Made by a program: the position numbers and the translations under genes. A stretch of 64,000 bases of DNA, taken from NCBI GenBank assembly GCA_003707115.1, contig PPNB01000009.1:186001-250000 (forward strand), in the 5' to 3' direction. Of this stretch, positions 52,210-62,692 are shown in pieces (positions within the stretch are counted from its first letter, which is position 1; every line of letters starts with the position of its first letter). The stretch comes from Tortispora ganteri. Lineage: Eukaryota. The notes beneath the pieces are model-generated. The model was not told the DNA's origin. It saw only the letters and a program-made list of their open reading frames with translations, and searched no databases.

Positions 52210-52417
52210 CACAACCCCACACCCAGCATCCTGTTTTTACTGAGTCCCCCGGCAACTGTTTCTCCTAGTATATATATATATAACTTGACGTTCTCCACCG
52301 GAATCAGAGAAATAAGAAGACGCGAGTGAAAAATCTCTTCTCCGCTTTTTCATATATACATATATCTGAAGAGTACTCTTTAGCACCTAAAGCGTACCAT
52401 ACTTGCATCTCCACCAT

Positions 52418-54295
52418 ATGCTACTCTCCCGTCCCTCTGCTAGGCGTATGATTTCCAAAATGTCATCCTTGAGAATGAACAGTACTGCTTCCTCTATCCC
52501 AGGCTATGTTGAAGATAAATCTAAGGGTAATATGCTTCGTTACCAAGAGTCTTTACCTCGTTTGCCTGTTCCTTCTCTTGAAGAAACCGCGGTTCGCTAT
52601 CTGAAATCGGTCAAAGCTGCTGTCAGTCCCGAGCAGTACGCTACAACTGAGCGAGTCGTGAAAGATTTCCTGAAGCCCGGGAGCATATCTCATGAACTTC
52701 AGAAGCGTTTAGAAGCCAAAGCTGCCGATCCTAACGTCAAGAACTGGCTGTATGAATGGTGGAATCAACTTGCTTATCTCACTTACAAGGATCCTGTTGT
52801 CCCTTACGTTTCTTACTTCTATTCCTACAACGACGACAAGCTTGTCACTAACCCGGACGACCGCGCAGGCCAAGTCATTGTTGCTGCTTTAAAATTTCGC
52901 GATCAAGTTGTTGATGGCTCTCTTGAACCAGAATACATGCGTAAACAACCTCTTTGCATGGATTCTTACAAATACATGTTCAACTGCTGCCGTATCCCCG
53001 ACTTGACTGCCGATTATCCGAAAAAATACGATTACGCTGCCAACGACTACATAGTTGTTATTCGCAAGAACAGATTCTTTAAAATTCCTACTCAGATTAA
53101 CGGCAGAAGATTGACTGCTGCTGAGTTTGCCGCTCAGTGCAGATCGATCCGTGAGAATATAGTCAATGTCGGACCTGGTCTCGGCGCTCTTACTTCTATG
53201 AACCGTGACGACTGGGCTCGCGCCCGCTCAGCTTTCCTTCAAGCATCACCTGAAAATGTTGCCGCTCTTGAAACAATTGAGGCTGCTTCTTTTGTTGTCT
53301 GTCTTGACGATGTTGAACCAGTTACTTTGGAAGAGCGTGCGCATACTATGTGGCACGGTGATGGATTGAATCGCTTCTATGATAAACCTCTTCAGTTTAT
53401 TATTACAGAAGGAGGTTCGGTTGGTTTTATGGGAGAACATTCTATGATGGACGGTACCCCTACTTGTCGTCTCAACGAGTATGTTTCTGACCTAACTTTA
53501 AACCGCAAACTGACCGCTGAGGAGCTTGGTTCATCCGCTGGTGCGGCTGCTGTTCCTGCAGAGATTAAATTTAAGTACTCTCCTGAAATTCAAGTTGTTA
53601 TCAAGAAAGCTCACAAGAGCTTCACTGAGACTATTGAGGCTCATCAAGTAAGAGTTTTGAAATACGATAGATTTGGAAAGAACCTCATTAAGAAGTTTAA
53701 ATGCTCTCCGGACGCCTTTGTCCAGATGTGCATCCAGCTTGGATACTACAAGATGCATGGAATTTGCCGCCCCACCTATGAGTCAGCTGCTACTCGTAAG
53801 TTTCAACTTGGTCGCACTGAGACATGCAGATCTGTATCACAAGATTCTGTTGCATTTGTTAAAGCCATGCAAGATCCTAATCTTGACAATTCTGCAAAGG
53901 TTGCTGCTGCTCGCAAGGCATTTGATTCTCATATTAAGTATATTGGCGACGCCTCTGAGGGCCGTGGTGTAGACCGCCACCTACTTGGATTAAAACTGAG
54001 CCTCAAGGAAGGTGAAGAAGTTCCTGCACTGTTTAAGGATCCTTCTTATGCCTATACTGGATCTTGGTATTTGTCTACTTCTCAGTTATCTTGCGAGAGA
54101 TTCAATGGATATGGTTGGTCACAGGTCATTGATGATGGATTTGGAATTGCCTATATGATTAACAACGATTTTTTGAACTTCAACATATGTTCTAAGCACC
54201 TTGGTAGTGACAAACTCCAATTCTACATCAGAGAAGCAGCCGATGATCTCTACGAGATATTTACCGCTGAATTGGCTGCCAAATCTAAGCTTTAA
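52418..54295 (+). CDS. CAT2: Carnitine O-acetyltransferase, mitochondrial/peroxisomal
   Basis: LPRLPVPSL, NRFYDKP, GEHSMMDGTP (catalytic His), YESAATRKFQLGRTE, LSTSQ; N-terminal presequence and C-terminal SKL. Confidence 0.96.
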   Translation: MLLSRPSARRMISKMSSLRMNSTASSIPGYVEDKSKGNMLRYQESLPRLPVPSLEETAVRYLKSVKAAVSPEQYATTERVVKDFLKPGSISHELQKRLEAKAADPNVKNWLYEWWNQLAYLTYKDPVVPYVSYFYSYNDDKLVTNPDDRAGQVIVAALKFRDQVVDGSLEPEYMRKQPLCMDSYKYMFNCCRIPDLTADYPKKYDYAANDYIVVIRKNRFFKIPTQINGRRLTAAEFAAQCRSIRENIVNVGPGLGALTSMNRDDWARARSAFLQASPENVAALETIEAASFVVCLDDVEPVTLEERAHTMWHGDGLNRFYDKPLQFIITEGGSVGFMGEHSMMDGTPTCRLNEYVSDLTLNRKLTAEELGSSAGAAAVPAEIKFKYSPEIQVVIKKAHKSFTETIEAHQVRVLKYDRFGKNLIKKFKCSPDAFVQMCIQLGYYKMHGICRPTYESAATRKFQLGRTETCRSVSQDSVAFVKAMQDPNLDNSAKVAAARKAFDSHIKYIGDASEGRGVDRHLLGLKLSLKEGEEVPALFKDPSYAYTGSWYLSTSQLSCERFNGYGWSQVIDDGFGIAYMINNDFLNFNICSKHLGSDKLQFYIREAADDLYEIFTAELAAKSKL

Positions 54296-54481
54296 AGGTT
54301 TCTTTATTATAAATATAGAAGTACTTATATAAATATATAGTCTCAAGCGTATATCCGCATTTATCTATGTGGTTCTTTTAAACATTATCGCTGTTGCTAA
54401 GAGGAACAGACGCGATCATGAATCCACGCTAATTGGGTCGAACCGTACTAACGTCGCGTACCTTTCTATTTAGCCCAGACA

Positions 54482-55363
54482 ATGTCTTCATCTGACGAAT
54501 TAGAAAGGCTAGAACAATCGATTACTCTATGTCTGCAGGAGATAGATAAGAACTTTGCTAGAGCTCACAGAACTGTTACAAGTAGCATAATACCTGTGGT
54601 AGAGAGGTACGGTGAAGAATGCGAACGAGTCTATCAGAGAACGAAATTCTGGAAACAGTTTTTCGAAGCAAGCGCCAACGTTAAGTTGACTGCATGTGAA
54701 ACTGAAGTTTATGTGAATGATGAAGATGAAAAGAATGATAAAATTGACGACAAGGAGGTGAGCGAGGCAGCAACAGACGACACATCACAATTCTTACAAA
54801 CAGTGGATGCTCTAACTCAATCGACACCGCTACCCACAGATAGGCAAAGACAGAAGCTAATGCAGGTTCAAAAAACGGACATGTCTTTATCTATGAGCAC
54901 TGCTGGTGCCATTGAATCTACGTTTTTGGGTCCAGCTGGATCAATGTCGATGAGCTCCTCTAGTATGTCGCCAGCCATCAGTTTAACACACGCTAGAATC
55001 ACTCCAAGCAGGCCAGTGAGAAAAATGCTAAACTCAACAATGACTTTTCAGATGGAAACTCCAAATCGACAAAGTATTAATTTCTCGTTTGATGATTCAT
55101 CTTCTTCGATGATGGATCCTCCAACTATTACAGCTTTTAACCCACGTGAATTGGACATTTCAGAACAAGCGTCCAGCTCGCCTCGAACACCAGTATTGCG
55201 CTCTTCACTGCCGAAGTTTGATGATACAAGCGATAGCTCATTTCCACAGATGTCTCCGCCCATAACTATGCAATTTGGAGGCCCCAACACTAGTGTGCGA
55301 TTCACACCATCCAGACCGTCAGAGTCTAGTTTCACTGACAGCTCAGATTTTGAGATGAGTTAG
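54482..55363 (+). CDS. ASK1: DASH/Dam1 complex subunit
   Basis: ELERLEQSITLCLQEIDKNFARAHRTVTSSIIPVV...FWKQFFEASANVKL; S/TP-rich tail. Confidence 0.93.
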   Translation: MSSSDELERLEQSITLCLQEIDKNFARAHRTVTSSIIPVVERYGEECERVYQRTKFWKQFFEASANVKLTACETEVYVNDEDEKNDKIDDKEVSEAATDDTSQFLQTVDALTQSTPLPTDRQRQKLMQVQKTDMSLSMSTAGAIESTFLGPAGSMSMSSSSMSPAISLTHARITPSRPVRKMLNSTMTFQMETPNRQSINFSFDDSSSSMMDPPTITAFNPRELDISEQASSSPRTPVLRSSLPKFDDTSDSSFPQMSPPITMQFGGPNTSVRFTPSRPSESSFTDSSDFEMS

Positions 55364-55593
55364 CTGATAAATTCTACGGAGGTTTTATTTTTATATTTAT
55401 TGGATACTGGAATTAATAAAAAGAACTTAACCCTCAATGAGTACAATCTAATAAATCATGTTTTATGGTATATATACTTCTATTATAAGTAGCTTTAGTT
55501 TTCACGGAGAGTTTAACCTGCCCTTTATTTAACCTTGACATAAGGCAATCATATTCTGACTTATAATCCGAAGCAAGCTAATGTTAGTCAATT

Positions 55594-57444
55594 ATGGAAG
55601 ATAATGATCTTATAATCGCAGCATGTGTAGTAGGATTTCATCATATACGAGGGCCAGAAGTTGAATATTGGAAAGGTAACGGTGTTCAAGACAAAGATCT
55701 ATGGCCAAATCTGCCATTTCAAGGCCTTCCTGATGGTGCTCATGCCAGAGAAGAGGATTATTCCTATTTTACTTTACCTTACAAACCAAAAGAAAATTCA
55801 ATTCCTCAAACATTTTTTGGTATAAGCTGTAATCGCCAAATTAAAGCTGAATTACTTGAGCATAAAGATGAAGATGTTACCAGATCAGTCGTACAAAAAG
55901 CTATAGTAGTTATAGCTCGAAAACCAATATTTGGAGTTATAAGAGAAAAACTTGCCGTTGTTACACATGCTTATTTTTTGCAAAGTAGCTTGGAAAATTA
56001 TGAAATTATAGACACGCTTTATGACAGTTTACTGCATATCTTTTCAGATGGGATTGGTGAACTAGATCTATACGTTGGTATGCCGCTTCAAGAATTCGTC
56101 CATATATTCGGCACACGCACCCTTATTATGTTTAAATTATTATTACTTCAACGACGAGTTATTTTCTTCTCAACACATACGGAACTACTATGTTCAGCTC
56201 AGTTTGCTTTGGTTTCACTTATAGCTGGTTTGTTGGACCGCCTTCAAGACTCCGGATCAACACAATTCGACTATCAAGAAAAATTACTGTCCAGACCAGT
56301 TAGCTTAAAGAGCAGCGATAGATCTTCTCTTTTATCATATATGGGCTTACCATTACTAATATTTGAGAAAAACTCTTTATTCTCGCCCTACGCTCCTCTG
56401 CAACAGCTCGATGAACTTTCTGGGCTGGAGACTAAATCCTATCTCGTTGGCTCATCTAATTTGCTGCTTCTTACACAGAAAGACAGATATGCTGATGTGG
56501 TTGTGAACTTAGACGAAGTGAATGTTGAAATACTTGATCCTTCTTTGAAACCTTTGTTGGCTCTTTCAACAGCTGATAAACGTTGGATCGAAGAAATATA
56601 CAAAACTGTCGAAACCGCGAGAAATGAAAAGAACTCCTTTCAGTACGAAGGAAGCGACGAATATATAAGAGCCCAGTTTGAAGATTATACAATGTCTTTA
56701 ATAGCGTGTGACAAGTATGATCAATTCGTTAATCGAGCGTTGGATCCTCCTGGTCCTGAAATTTTACTTCATGAAGCCAGTCCTAAATGTGTCAATGATT
56801 TTGGAGTTTCTTATGTGGCAGAATGGAGAAAACAAACTAACTATATGGTTTATTCAAGAAATACCGACCCGGAACTGTTTGATTTGGTATTCCCTAGACA
56901 CCCAGGATACGCAGGTCTGAAAATTGTGGAAATCGGAAAGAAGCTCGATGAGCGTACTGCACCTGCTCGCCAAGCTATTGCCAGCTCCTTTGCTAACAGT
57001 AGCCGCAAACTAAGTAGTGCATTTGGAAGTTTATGGGAAAAACGCCAAATGATAAATGGAAATACTACACCTGCAAGCACCGATTCTCAAACGGTTATGC
57101 CAGATCCAGCATCAGCGCCAGCATCAACGGGTAGGCGATGGCCTTGGTCTAAATCTGAAAACACAAATCTTGGTACGACGACTAAAGCATCAAGCACAAT
57201 TGAAACCATTCCTAATAATGAAATAACAAACAGTTCAAAGAATTGGGCTGGTGATGATGGTCATGGAAGCGATGGTAGTGCAGATGAGACATTATCTTCT
57301 ATTAAGGAGGCAGATCAAAGAAGTTCAGGAAGCATAGAAGAAAAGGAGGAATATTCTAAGGATATTGAAACAGATCTTAATGCAGCGATAAGTGCGAATA
57401 TAACAGGTTTGGACAAAGAGATTGAAGAGAATCCGTGGCACTAG
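55594..57444 (+). CDS. AVL9: DENN-related late secretory pathway protein
   Basis: CVVGFHHIRGPEVE, LPFQGLPDGAH, FGISCNRQI, DVTRSVVQKA, EGSDEYIRAQFEDY. Confidence 0.95.
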   Translation: MEDNDLIIAACVVGFHHIRGPEVEYWKGNGVQDKDLWPNLPFQGLPDGAHAREEDYSYFTLPYKPKENSIPQTFFGISCNRQIKAELLEHKDEDVTRSVVQKAIVVIARKPIFGVIREKLAVVTHAYFLQSSLENYEIIDTLYDSLLHIFSDGIGELDLYVGMPLQEFVHIFGTRTLIMFKLLLLQRRVIFFSTHTELLCSAQFALVSLIAGLLDRLQDSGSTQFDYQEKLLSRPVSLKSSDRSSLLSYMGLPLLIFEKNSLFSPYAPLQQLDELSGLETKSYLVGSSNLLLLTQKDRYADVVVNLDEVNVEILDPSLKPLLALSTADKRWIEEIYKTVETARNEKNSFQYEGSDEYIRAQFEDYTMSLIACDKYDQFVNRALDPPGPEILLHEASPKCVNDFGVSYVAEWRKQTNYMVYSRNTDPELFDLVFPRHPGYAGLKIVEIGKKLDERTAPARQAIASSFANSSRKLSSAFGSLWEKRQMINGNTTPASTDSQTVMPDPASAPASTGRRWPWSKSENTNLGTTTKASSTIETIPNNEITNSSKNWAGDDGHGSDGSADETLSSIKEADQRSSGSIEEKEEYSKDIETDLNAAISANITGLDKEIEENPWH

Positions 57445-58124
57445 TATTTGTTAAATAGCTCAGGGACAATATTTGGTAACTCATGTATCGACTTTATCAT
57501 ATGAGTACCAATTGGTTTTTCAGGATACTGATCTTCTGGTTCTAATAGCAATATAGACGTTTTGAAGCCTAAATTTAAAGCGGCTTCTACGTTAGCAGGA
57601 CTATCATCTATGAAATGACAATTTGACGGATCAGTTGCACCTGCTTCTTGCATTGCTCTAATGAACATTTTTGCGTCCGGTTTACAGACAACCTCGGGAT
57701 CCAAATAATTACAATAAGTCAAGCCTTCGAACTGATCAGCCACGCCTAATAAAGTTACAGTTCTCTTAGCATGAGTCACGTATGCGTTGGTGAGCAACCA
57801 AGGTTTGACCTTTTGTCTATTCAAGTTTGAAAGAAGCTGTATAAGTTTTTCATCTTTGGAGAGTATTTTTTCTAAAGGAATTGCGTCATCGACAGCACTA
57901 TTGTAGTCTATAGGATCTATGTCATGATGAAGTATTAAACCTCTAATAGCTAACCCATAAGTTTTGTAGTATTGTTGATGAAGGGATTCAGCGATTTCAG
58001 GATCAAGGCTCAGATGGTTCAGGAAATATTCTGTTATTTTTTCCTTCATTATATCGTGGATCTTTGTACTCCTCGAGTATAAAGTATTATCTATATCAAA
58101 AAAGAAGACTTGTCTATTAGTCAT
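57441..58124 (-). CDS. SDT1: HAD-family pyrimidine 5'-nucleotidase (Sdt1/Phm8)
   Basis: FFFDIDNTLY, YYKTYGLAIRGL, VDDAIPL, LTNAY, CKP, FIDDS. Confidence 0.9.
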   Translation of the reverse strand: MTNRQVFFFDIDNTLYSRSTKIHDIMKEKITEYFLNHLSLDPEIAESLHQQYYKTYGLAIRGLILHHDIDPIDYNSAVDDAIPLEKILSKDEKLIQLLSNLNRQKVKPWLLTNAYVTHAKRTVTLLGVADQFEGLTYCNYLDPEVVCKPDAKMFIRAMQEAGATDPSNCHFIDDSPANVEAALNLGFKTSILLLEPEDQYPEKPIGTHMIKSIHELPNIVPELFNKY

Positions 58125-58266
58125 TGTTATCTATATCTGAGTGCCTAAAATGCCGCAATTGGTGTTAAGAACGTGGTAGTGGGCCCCCAAAGAGAGTTAA
58201 ACAGCTTTTGGAACTTAGCATATTCTTTGCCTACGGCAGTGGTAAATATACGCCACTCTTTTTTCG

Positions 58267-58848
58267 ATGGAAATTGATGAACAACTTTTACAAGATGCTC
58301 ATCGCCTAATTAAGTTGAAAGAACGTCTTCTACCAAGTTCAAATACTCAGAAAGGACAAATTGATGACCAAACCGCGAGCGAAATTAAAAGTGAACTTGA
58401 ACACTCTCCAGACACCAATATCAATACCACTATCCCTAAAAATCAAGACAAAATTGCTATCTTGAAAGAAAAGCTTAAAGCTGAAAAACAAAACAATAAT
58501 AAACGTGTCGAATTTGCTTTAGTAGCATCACATATCCCTCCGATCGAAGAATTGTATGGTTCAGATTCGTACTACTCGACACATTCCAATTTGTCATCGC
58601 AAAGTAACAATAGAACCTACAGTGATGAAGTTAATTCCGTGCAATTAAATCAAAACTCAATTAAAACTACCAAATCAGTTATAAACCAACCAACATTTAC
58701 TGAATCTTCTGACCCTTCTGAACCGTCTTTATTGGATGAAGCAGATCTTCCGTATAGACCGCGTCCAAATCACACACCAAAATACTCAGATGACACTTCG
58801 GAAATACCCGAATCTTTAATGGAAATATACGGATATTCTAATGAATAA
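58267..58848 (+). CDS. Hypothetical protein
   Basis: 193-aa ATG ORF occupying an intergenic slot; low complexity; no family recognised. Confidence 0.6.
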   Translation: MEIDEQLLQDAHRLIKLKERLLPSSNTQKGQIDDQTASEIKSELEHSPDTNINTTIPKNQDKIAILKEKLKAEKQNNNKRVEFALVASHIPPIEELYGSDSYYSTHSNLSSQSNNRTYSDEVNSVQLNQNSIKTTKSVINQPTFTESSDPSEPSLLDEADLPYRPRPNHTPKYSDDTSEIPESLMEIYGYSNE

Positions 58849-59054
58849 CTAATGAAATTTTGCACTTTGAGCACATTGTTCATTTGTTTTTATAATATTG
58901 GATTCAAAAATCCTTCTGATTTTGCTCTAACTTCCTCTTTTCTTTTACATATATTTTGGCCACCTCTCTCTCCCACCTAATACTTACCCACCCATTTTCT
59001 AAATTTTATTTTACCTCGCTTTATTTTCATTTTATTCAATTCATCGTCCACGAA

Positions 59055-62000
59055 ATGAATGAACAACCAACCCCATTAGACGGTTCTGAAAAACTCTCCA
59101 CTTTATTTGCCACTTCCTTAAGATTCCCTTACCAAGTCTATACCGAACCCGATAAAAGATACCAGATCTTTAGGTCTCATAACGTATACGAAAACTGGAA
59201 TGACCCCATTAAGGACAAAAGCACGCGATCCTTAGATAATATCCCTTGGCTGGAGCGCAAAATTACAAAAATATCCGATTCAAAATTTGCCATAATAGAT
59301 TATGAGATAATCAATGAACAACTCGTCGTAGTACTTGGTGGTACACTGAAGTTTATACCTCCATTGCGTTCTAAACTCCTCAAAGAGTACGTCAAACTAT
59401 CGGTAATTCCTATTCCTATTCCTAAATCTTCTGTTGTTTCTAAATGTGGGTCTACGGCTAATTCTCCCACCTTATTATCTGAAGTAGTTGAGGCATTCAA
59501 TTCAATATCGAAGTTCGCTTCGGTATCTCTTTTCCTAACTACTCAACAGCACACTTCTCTGCCACACGACAAAAACTGGCCTCTCCCAGATGAAGGCGAT
59601 TATTATTATCTGTATATATATGGAGATTCTGATTGTGCCAGGCTTGCGGCAACCAGAGTGCAAGTTTATCTGGACAGCTTATTCAACAAGTTCATACATA
59701 GAATGACTGTTCCACTTTCTATGATCCCTCTCATCTGCGGCAGACATAACAAATCTTTAGACTTTTTGATGTCATTAACTAATGTTCAGCTATATTATCA
59801 CGATTATTTTCCAGGTCTTTACAGCAGCTTACATGAAGTCGAGTCTAATTTCGATTTCAATGAAATGTTTATAACTGGCACTGACGTTGACGTCCAGCTC
59901 GCTAAACATTTCATCTCAAATATTATCAAAGAAACACCTGCTTATATGAAAGAACTTGTTACTACTTACTCTAAATGCGACTCTCTAATTTTATGGAATT
60001 TAGAATTTTTACGAAAAGTCTCAAAAGAAGAAGGCGTATTTATTCAACTGCCTTTTTTGGGTGCATCTCGCTCGTTGATCCGTGTTCAGGGGTTTTCGAT
60101 TTCTAGCGTTGATTCTGCTATCCGAAAAATTACTGATTTTATTTGCACAATGTATAACGCTACTTACTGGTATTGTGAAGCAGAAGAAGATAGTAAAGGT
60201 TACCACCTTCCTCCTAAAGCTGTACCTGAAATTAAAACTATGGTCGCCATTTTAAAGGACATCACAGTAACTTCGAATACCGACGTTACTTACGGAATAG
60301 GGTCTTTCGAAGTATTTGGCTCTTATGATTCTGTCTCCAGTGCTATAAAGAAAGTAGGCACTTTGCCTCTATGGCCTACTCTTATTTCTAAGGTAAGATA
60401 TCGATTGGAATCTCCTAACGAGCTCTATGAATTTATGGGTGGGAAGAAATACGGAAAGGTGGCTCGTATAAATAAGGCTGCTTCTGTATGGATTAAATTC
60501 AGACCTTTCACGGAACACAACTTTTATATTGACATTGTTTCTTCCGATCAAATTTCTGCTGGTAATGGACTAAAGCTCATGCAAGATGAAATAGCAAGTG
60601 AGAAAACTTTTTTTATTCCAGAAGCATATCATAAGAGGATCATTGGTAACAGAGGAACGGTGATTCAACGCATTATGCGGAAGTATAATTTGTTTGTGCG
60701 TTTTAATGATTATACGACTCGAATGCGCAATGGAATTACTCTGGATTTCGTTGATAATGTCTTGCTTAGATGCCCTAGAAAGTCAGATAATGTACTAAGC
60801 TCTGCGGCAGAAGAAGTCAGTGAAATGGCCAACATTGCACAACAAAACTCTTATTATATAGTGGCCCGCATTTCCCCTGTTCGATGGTCTCTGACCTTAA
60901 CTGATCATCTCTCGAGCTTACTAACTTTCATGACCTCTCATCCTACTTTGTTTGTGGAATTCCCTACAAATGAAAATGATGATATCATCAAGTTTTATTC
61001 TCCTTCACCCGGAGTCTGCGAGAGAGCACACGAATCTCTATCGACATATCTTCCGAAACTATATGTGGTGGAAATCGAACCTGATGTTCATTGCAAACCT
61101 ATTATCGACGCTAAAGGCGAAATGTTCAGAAAAAATGTTTTAGCTCCTCTCTGGATTGGACTGAATATTAGAGCATCTGGCTACTATAACAAAGAGAACG
61201 CCGATACTGTTGGCTGGGGCGAGATTCATCTTGCTTGTGACACTGCGAGTCAGCAACATATTAATGTGGCCATTGATCTGGTTAAAGAATACCTTGAATC
61301 GAATAGTCTGAAAATTGTTCGCGTTAATGACAAATCGCGAGATTTAGAAGTTATTGCAACGGCAGAAGGTCGCTCCAAACTAAACCAAGATAATAATTCT
61401 TTTAGTTCTGGAGAATTGCATGAGACGAGCAGCAGCAACGGGGGACAACATTATAACAGGAATTATCCGCCACCCTCTAGGCAGTTATACGAATTTGATG
61501 TTCCGTCTCTGGCGCCTAGTCGAGGCAGCATGAGGACATTCTCTGGGAAGCGTACTCGATCTCCAGAATCAGACAGTCGAGTTAGGTATGGTGGTAGTGA
61601 TTTTATACCGAATCAAGGGTATCGGTCGCCTCCAAGATCGCGGGCACGTTTTGATTATTCCCAAGACCGGTATGATGGTTTTGAAGGAAGTGAAAGACAC
61701 CAGCATGCATATGGTCGCTTTGACGGATACGATGACGGTCCGCGCGCAGTGCATGAAGGAAGGCTGTTTTCACGAGATCCTAGAGCACTGAACCAAATAT
61801 CCGATGATAGACCGTTTTGGGATTATTCTGGCAATCGACAGATCAGATCAGCGGGTTCGGGATCGTCTTATACTTCTGCAATGCACCATGGTCCAAGCCT
61901 TAGTCGGAGAAATGGCAGAGATTTCTATGCTGAGCCCTGGAACGGTCCTACTCCAGATGATAGGTATGCTTCTCGTGGTGATATTTTTGGTTCAGGAGAA

Positions 62001-62159
62001 TATTTGGATGATCGATATGCGCGAAACGATGATTATCATTACACTGATAGACCCATGAAACGGTCGCATAGGCCAGAAAGTGGACAACGGAGTTCACGTG
62101 GACCATACTACATTCAACCACGCCCTGACAATAGACGTGATCCTCTACCCCCTTTTTAA
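59055..62159 (+). CDS. Multi-KH-domain RNA-binding protein (YLL032C/Mug60-like)
   Basis: First ATG at 59055; EFMGGKKYGKVARI, FFIPEAYHKRIIGNRGTVIQRIMRKY KH motifs, DNVLLRCP; R/G/Y/D-rich tail. Confidence 0.85.
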   Translation: MNEQPTPLDGSEKLSTLFATSLRFPYQVYTEPDKRYQIFRSHNVYENWNDPIKDKSTRSLDNIPWLERKITKISDSKFAIIDYEIINEQLVVVLGGTLKFIPPLRSKLLKEYVKLSVIPIPIPKSSVVSKCGSTANSPTLLSEVVEAFNSISKFASVSLFLTTQQHTSLPHDKNWPLPDEGDYYYLYIYGDSDCARLAATRVQVYLDSLFNKFIHRMTVPLSMIPLICGRHNKSLDFLMSLTNVQLYYHDYFPGLYSSLHEVESNFDFNEMFITGTDVDVQLAKHFISNIIKETPAYMKELVTTYSKCDSLILWNLEFLRKVSKEEGVFIQLPFLGASRSLIRVQGFSISSVDSAIRKITDFICTMYNATYWYCEAEEDSKGYHLPPKAVPEIKTMVAILKDITVTSNTDVTYGIGSFEVFGSYDSVSSAIKKVGTLPLWPTLISKVRYRLESPNELYEFMGGKKYGKVARINKAASVWIKFRPFTEHNFYIDIVSSDQISAGNGLKLMQDEIASEKTFFIPEAYHKRIIGNRGTVIQRIMRKYNLFVRFNDYTTRMRNGITLDFVDNVLLRCPRKSDNVLSSAAEEVSEMANIAQQNSYYIVARISPVRWSLTLTDHLSSLLTFMTSHPTLFVEFPTNENDDIIKFYSPSPGVCERAHESLSTYLPKLYVVEIEPDVHCKPIIDAKGEMFRKNVLAPLWIGLNIRASGYYNKENADTVGWGEIHLACDTASQQHINVAIDLVKEYLESNSLKIVRVNDKSRDLEVIATAEGRSKLNQDNNSFSSGELHETSSSNGGQHYNRNYPPPSRQLYEFDVPSLAPSRGSMRTFSGKRTRSPESDSRVRYGGSDFIPNQGYRSPPRSRARFDYSQDRYDGFEGSERHQHAYGRFDGYDDGPRAVHEGRLFSRDPRALNQISDDRPFWDYSGNRQIRSAGSGSSYTSAMHHGPSLSRRNGRDFYAEPWNGPTPDDRYASRGDIFGSGEYLDDRYARNDDYHYTDRPMKRSHRPESGQRSSRGPYYIQPRPDNRRDPLPPF

Positions 62160-62692
62160 TGAAAATCATCAAGTATATTATTGTCTGATATCATTTACCT
62201 CATTTATTACTTAGCCCTGAGTAGTTAATTATATCACAATTCCTGTAAAAGGGTCTAATTTTAAATTTGGATAAGATTTAGTTTTAGACTAAAAAGCTTA
62301 AAACCACTTCGATAACTTAATATTGTGGTTAAACTAACTCCCCTTTCACTCACCTTTTCAAACCCCCTTGAAAATCAGAAATTACTAGTTGACGTATTTG
62401 CAAGTATATTGTCACACATAATTCTTCCTTTAAGGAACTTATACTTTGATCTGAATTTTACATTCATTCATTTATTTTAATTCTATTGGTTCAGATCTGA
62501 GTATTGACTCTTATACTACAACCTGCTGTTACATAATACTTCCAATCATCAGCGCCTAATCAGCACCTCCAAATCAGAGTCTGTTACGATTAATTAGCAT
62601 TTAAATACTCTTCTATTCTTTTCTGGTTTCAATTATACAAGTGTGATTTATTTTAGTGTTACAGATTTCAACCTGCTAATTTCATTACGAAA

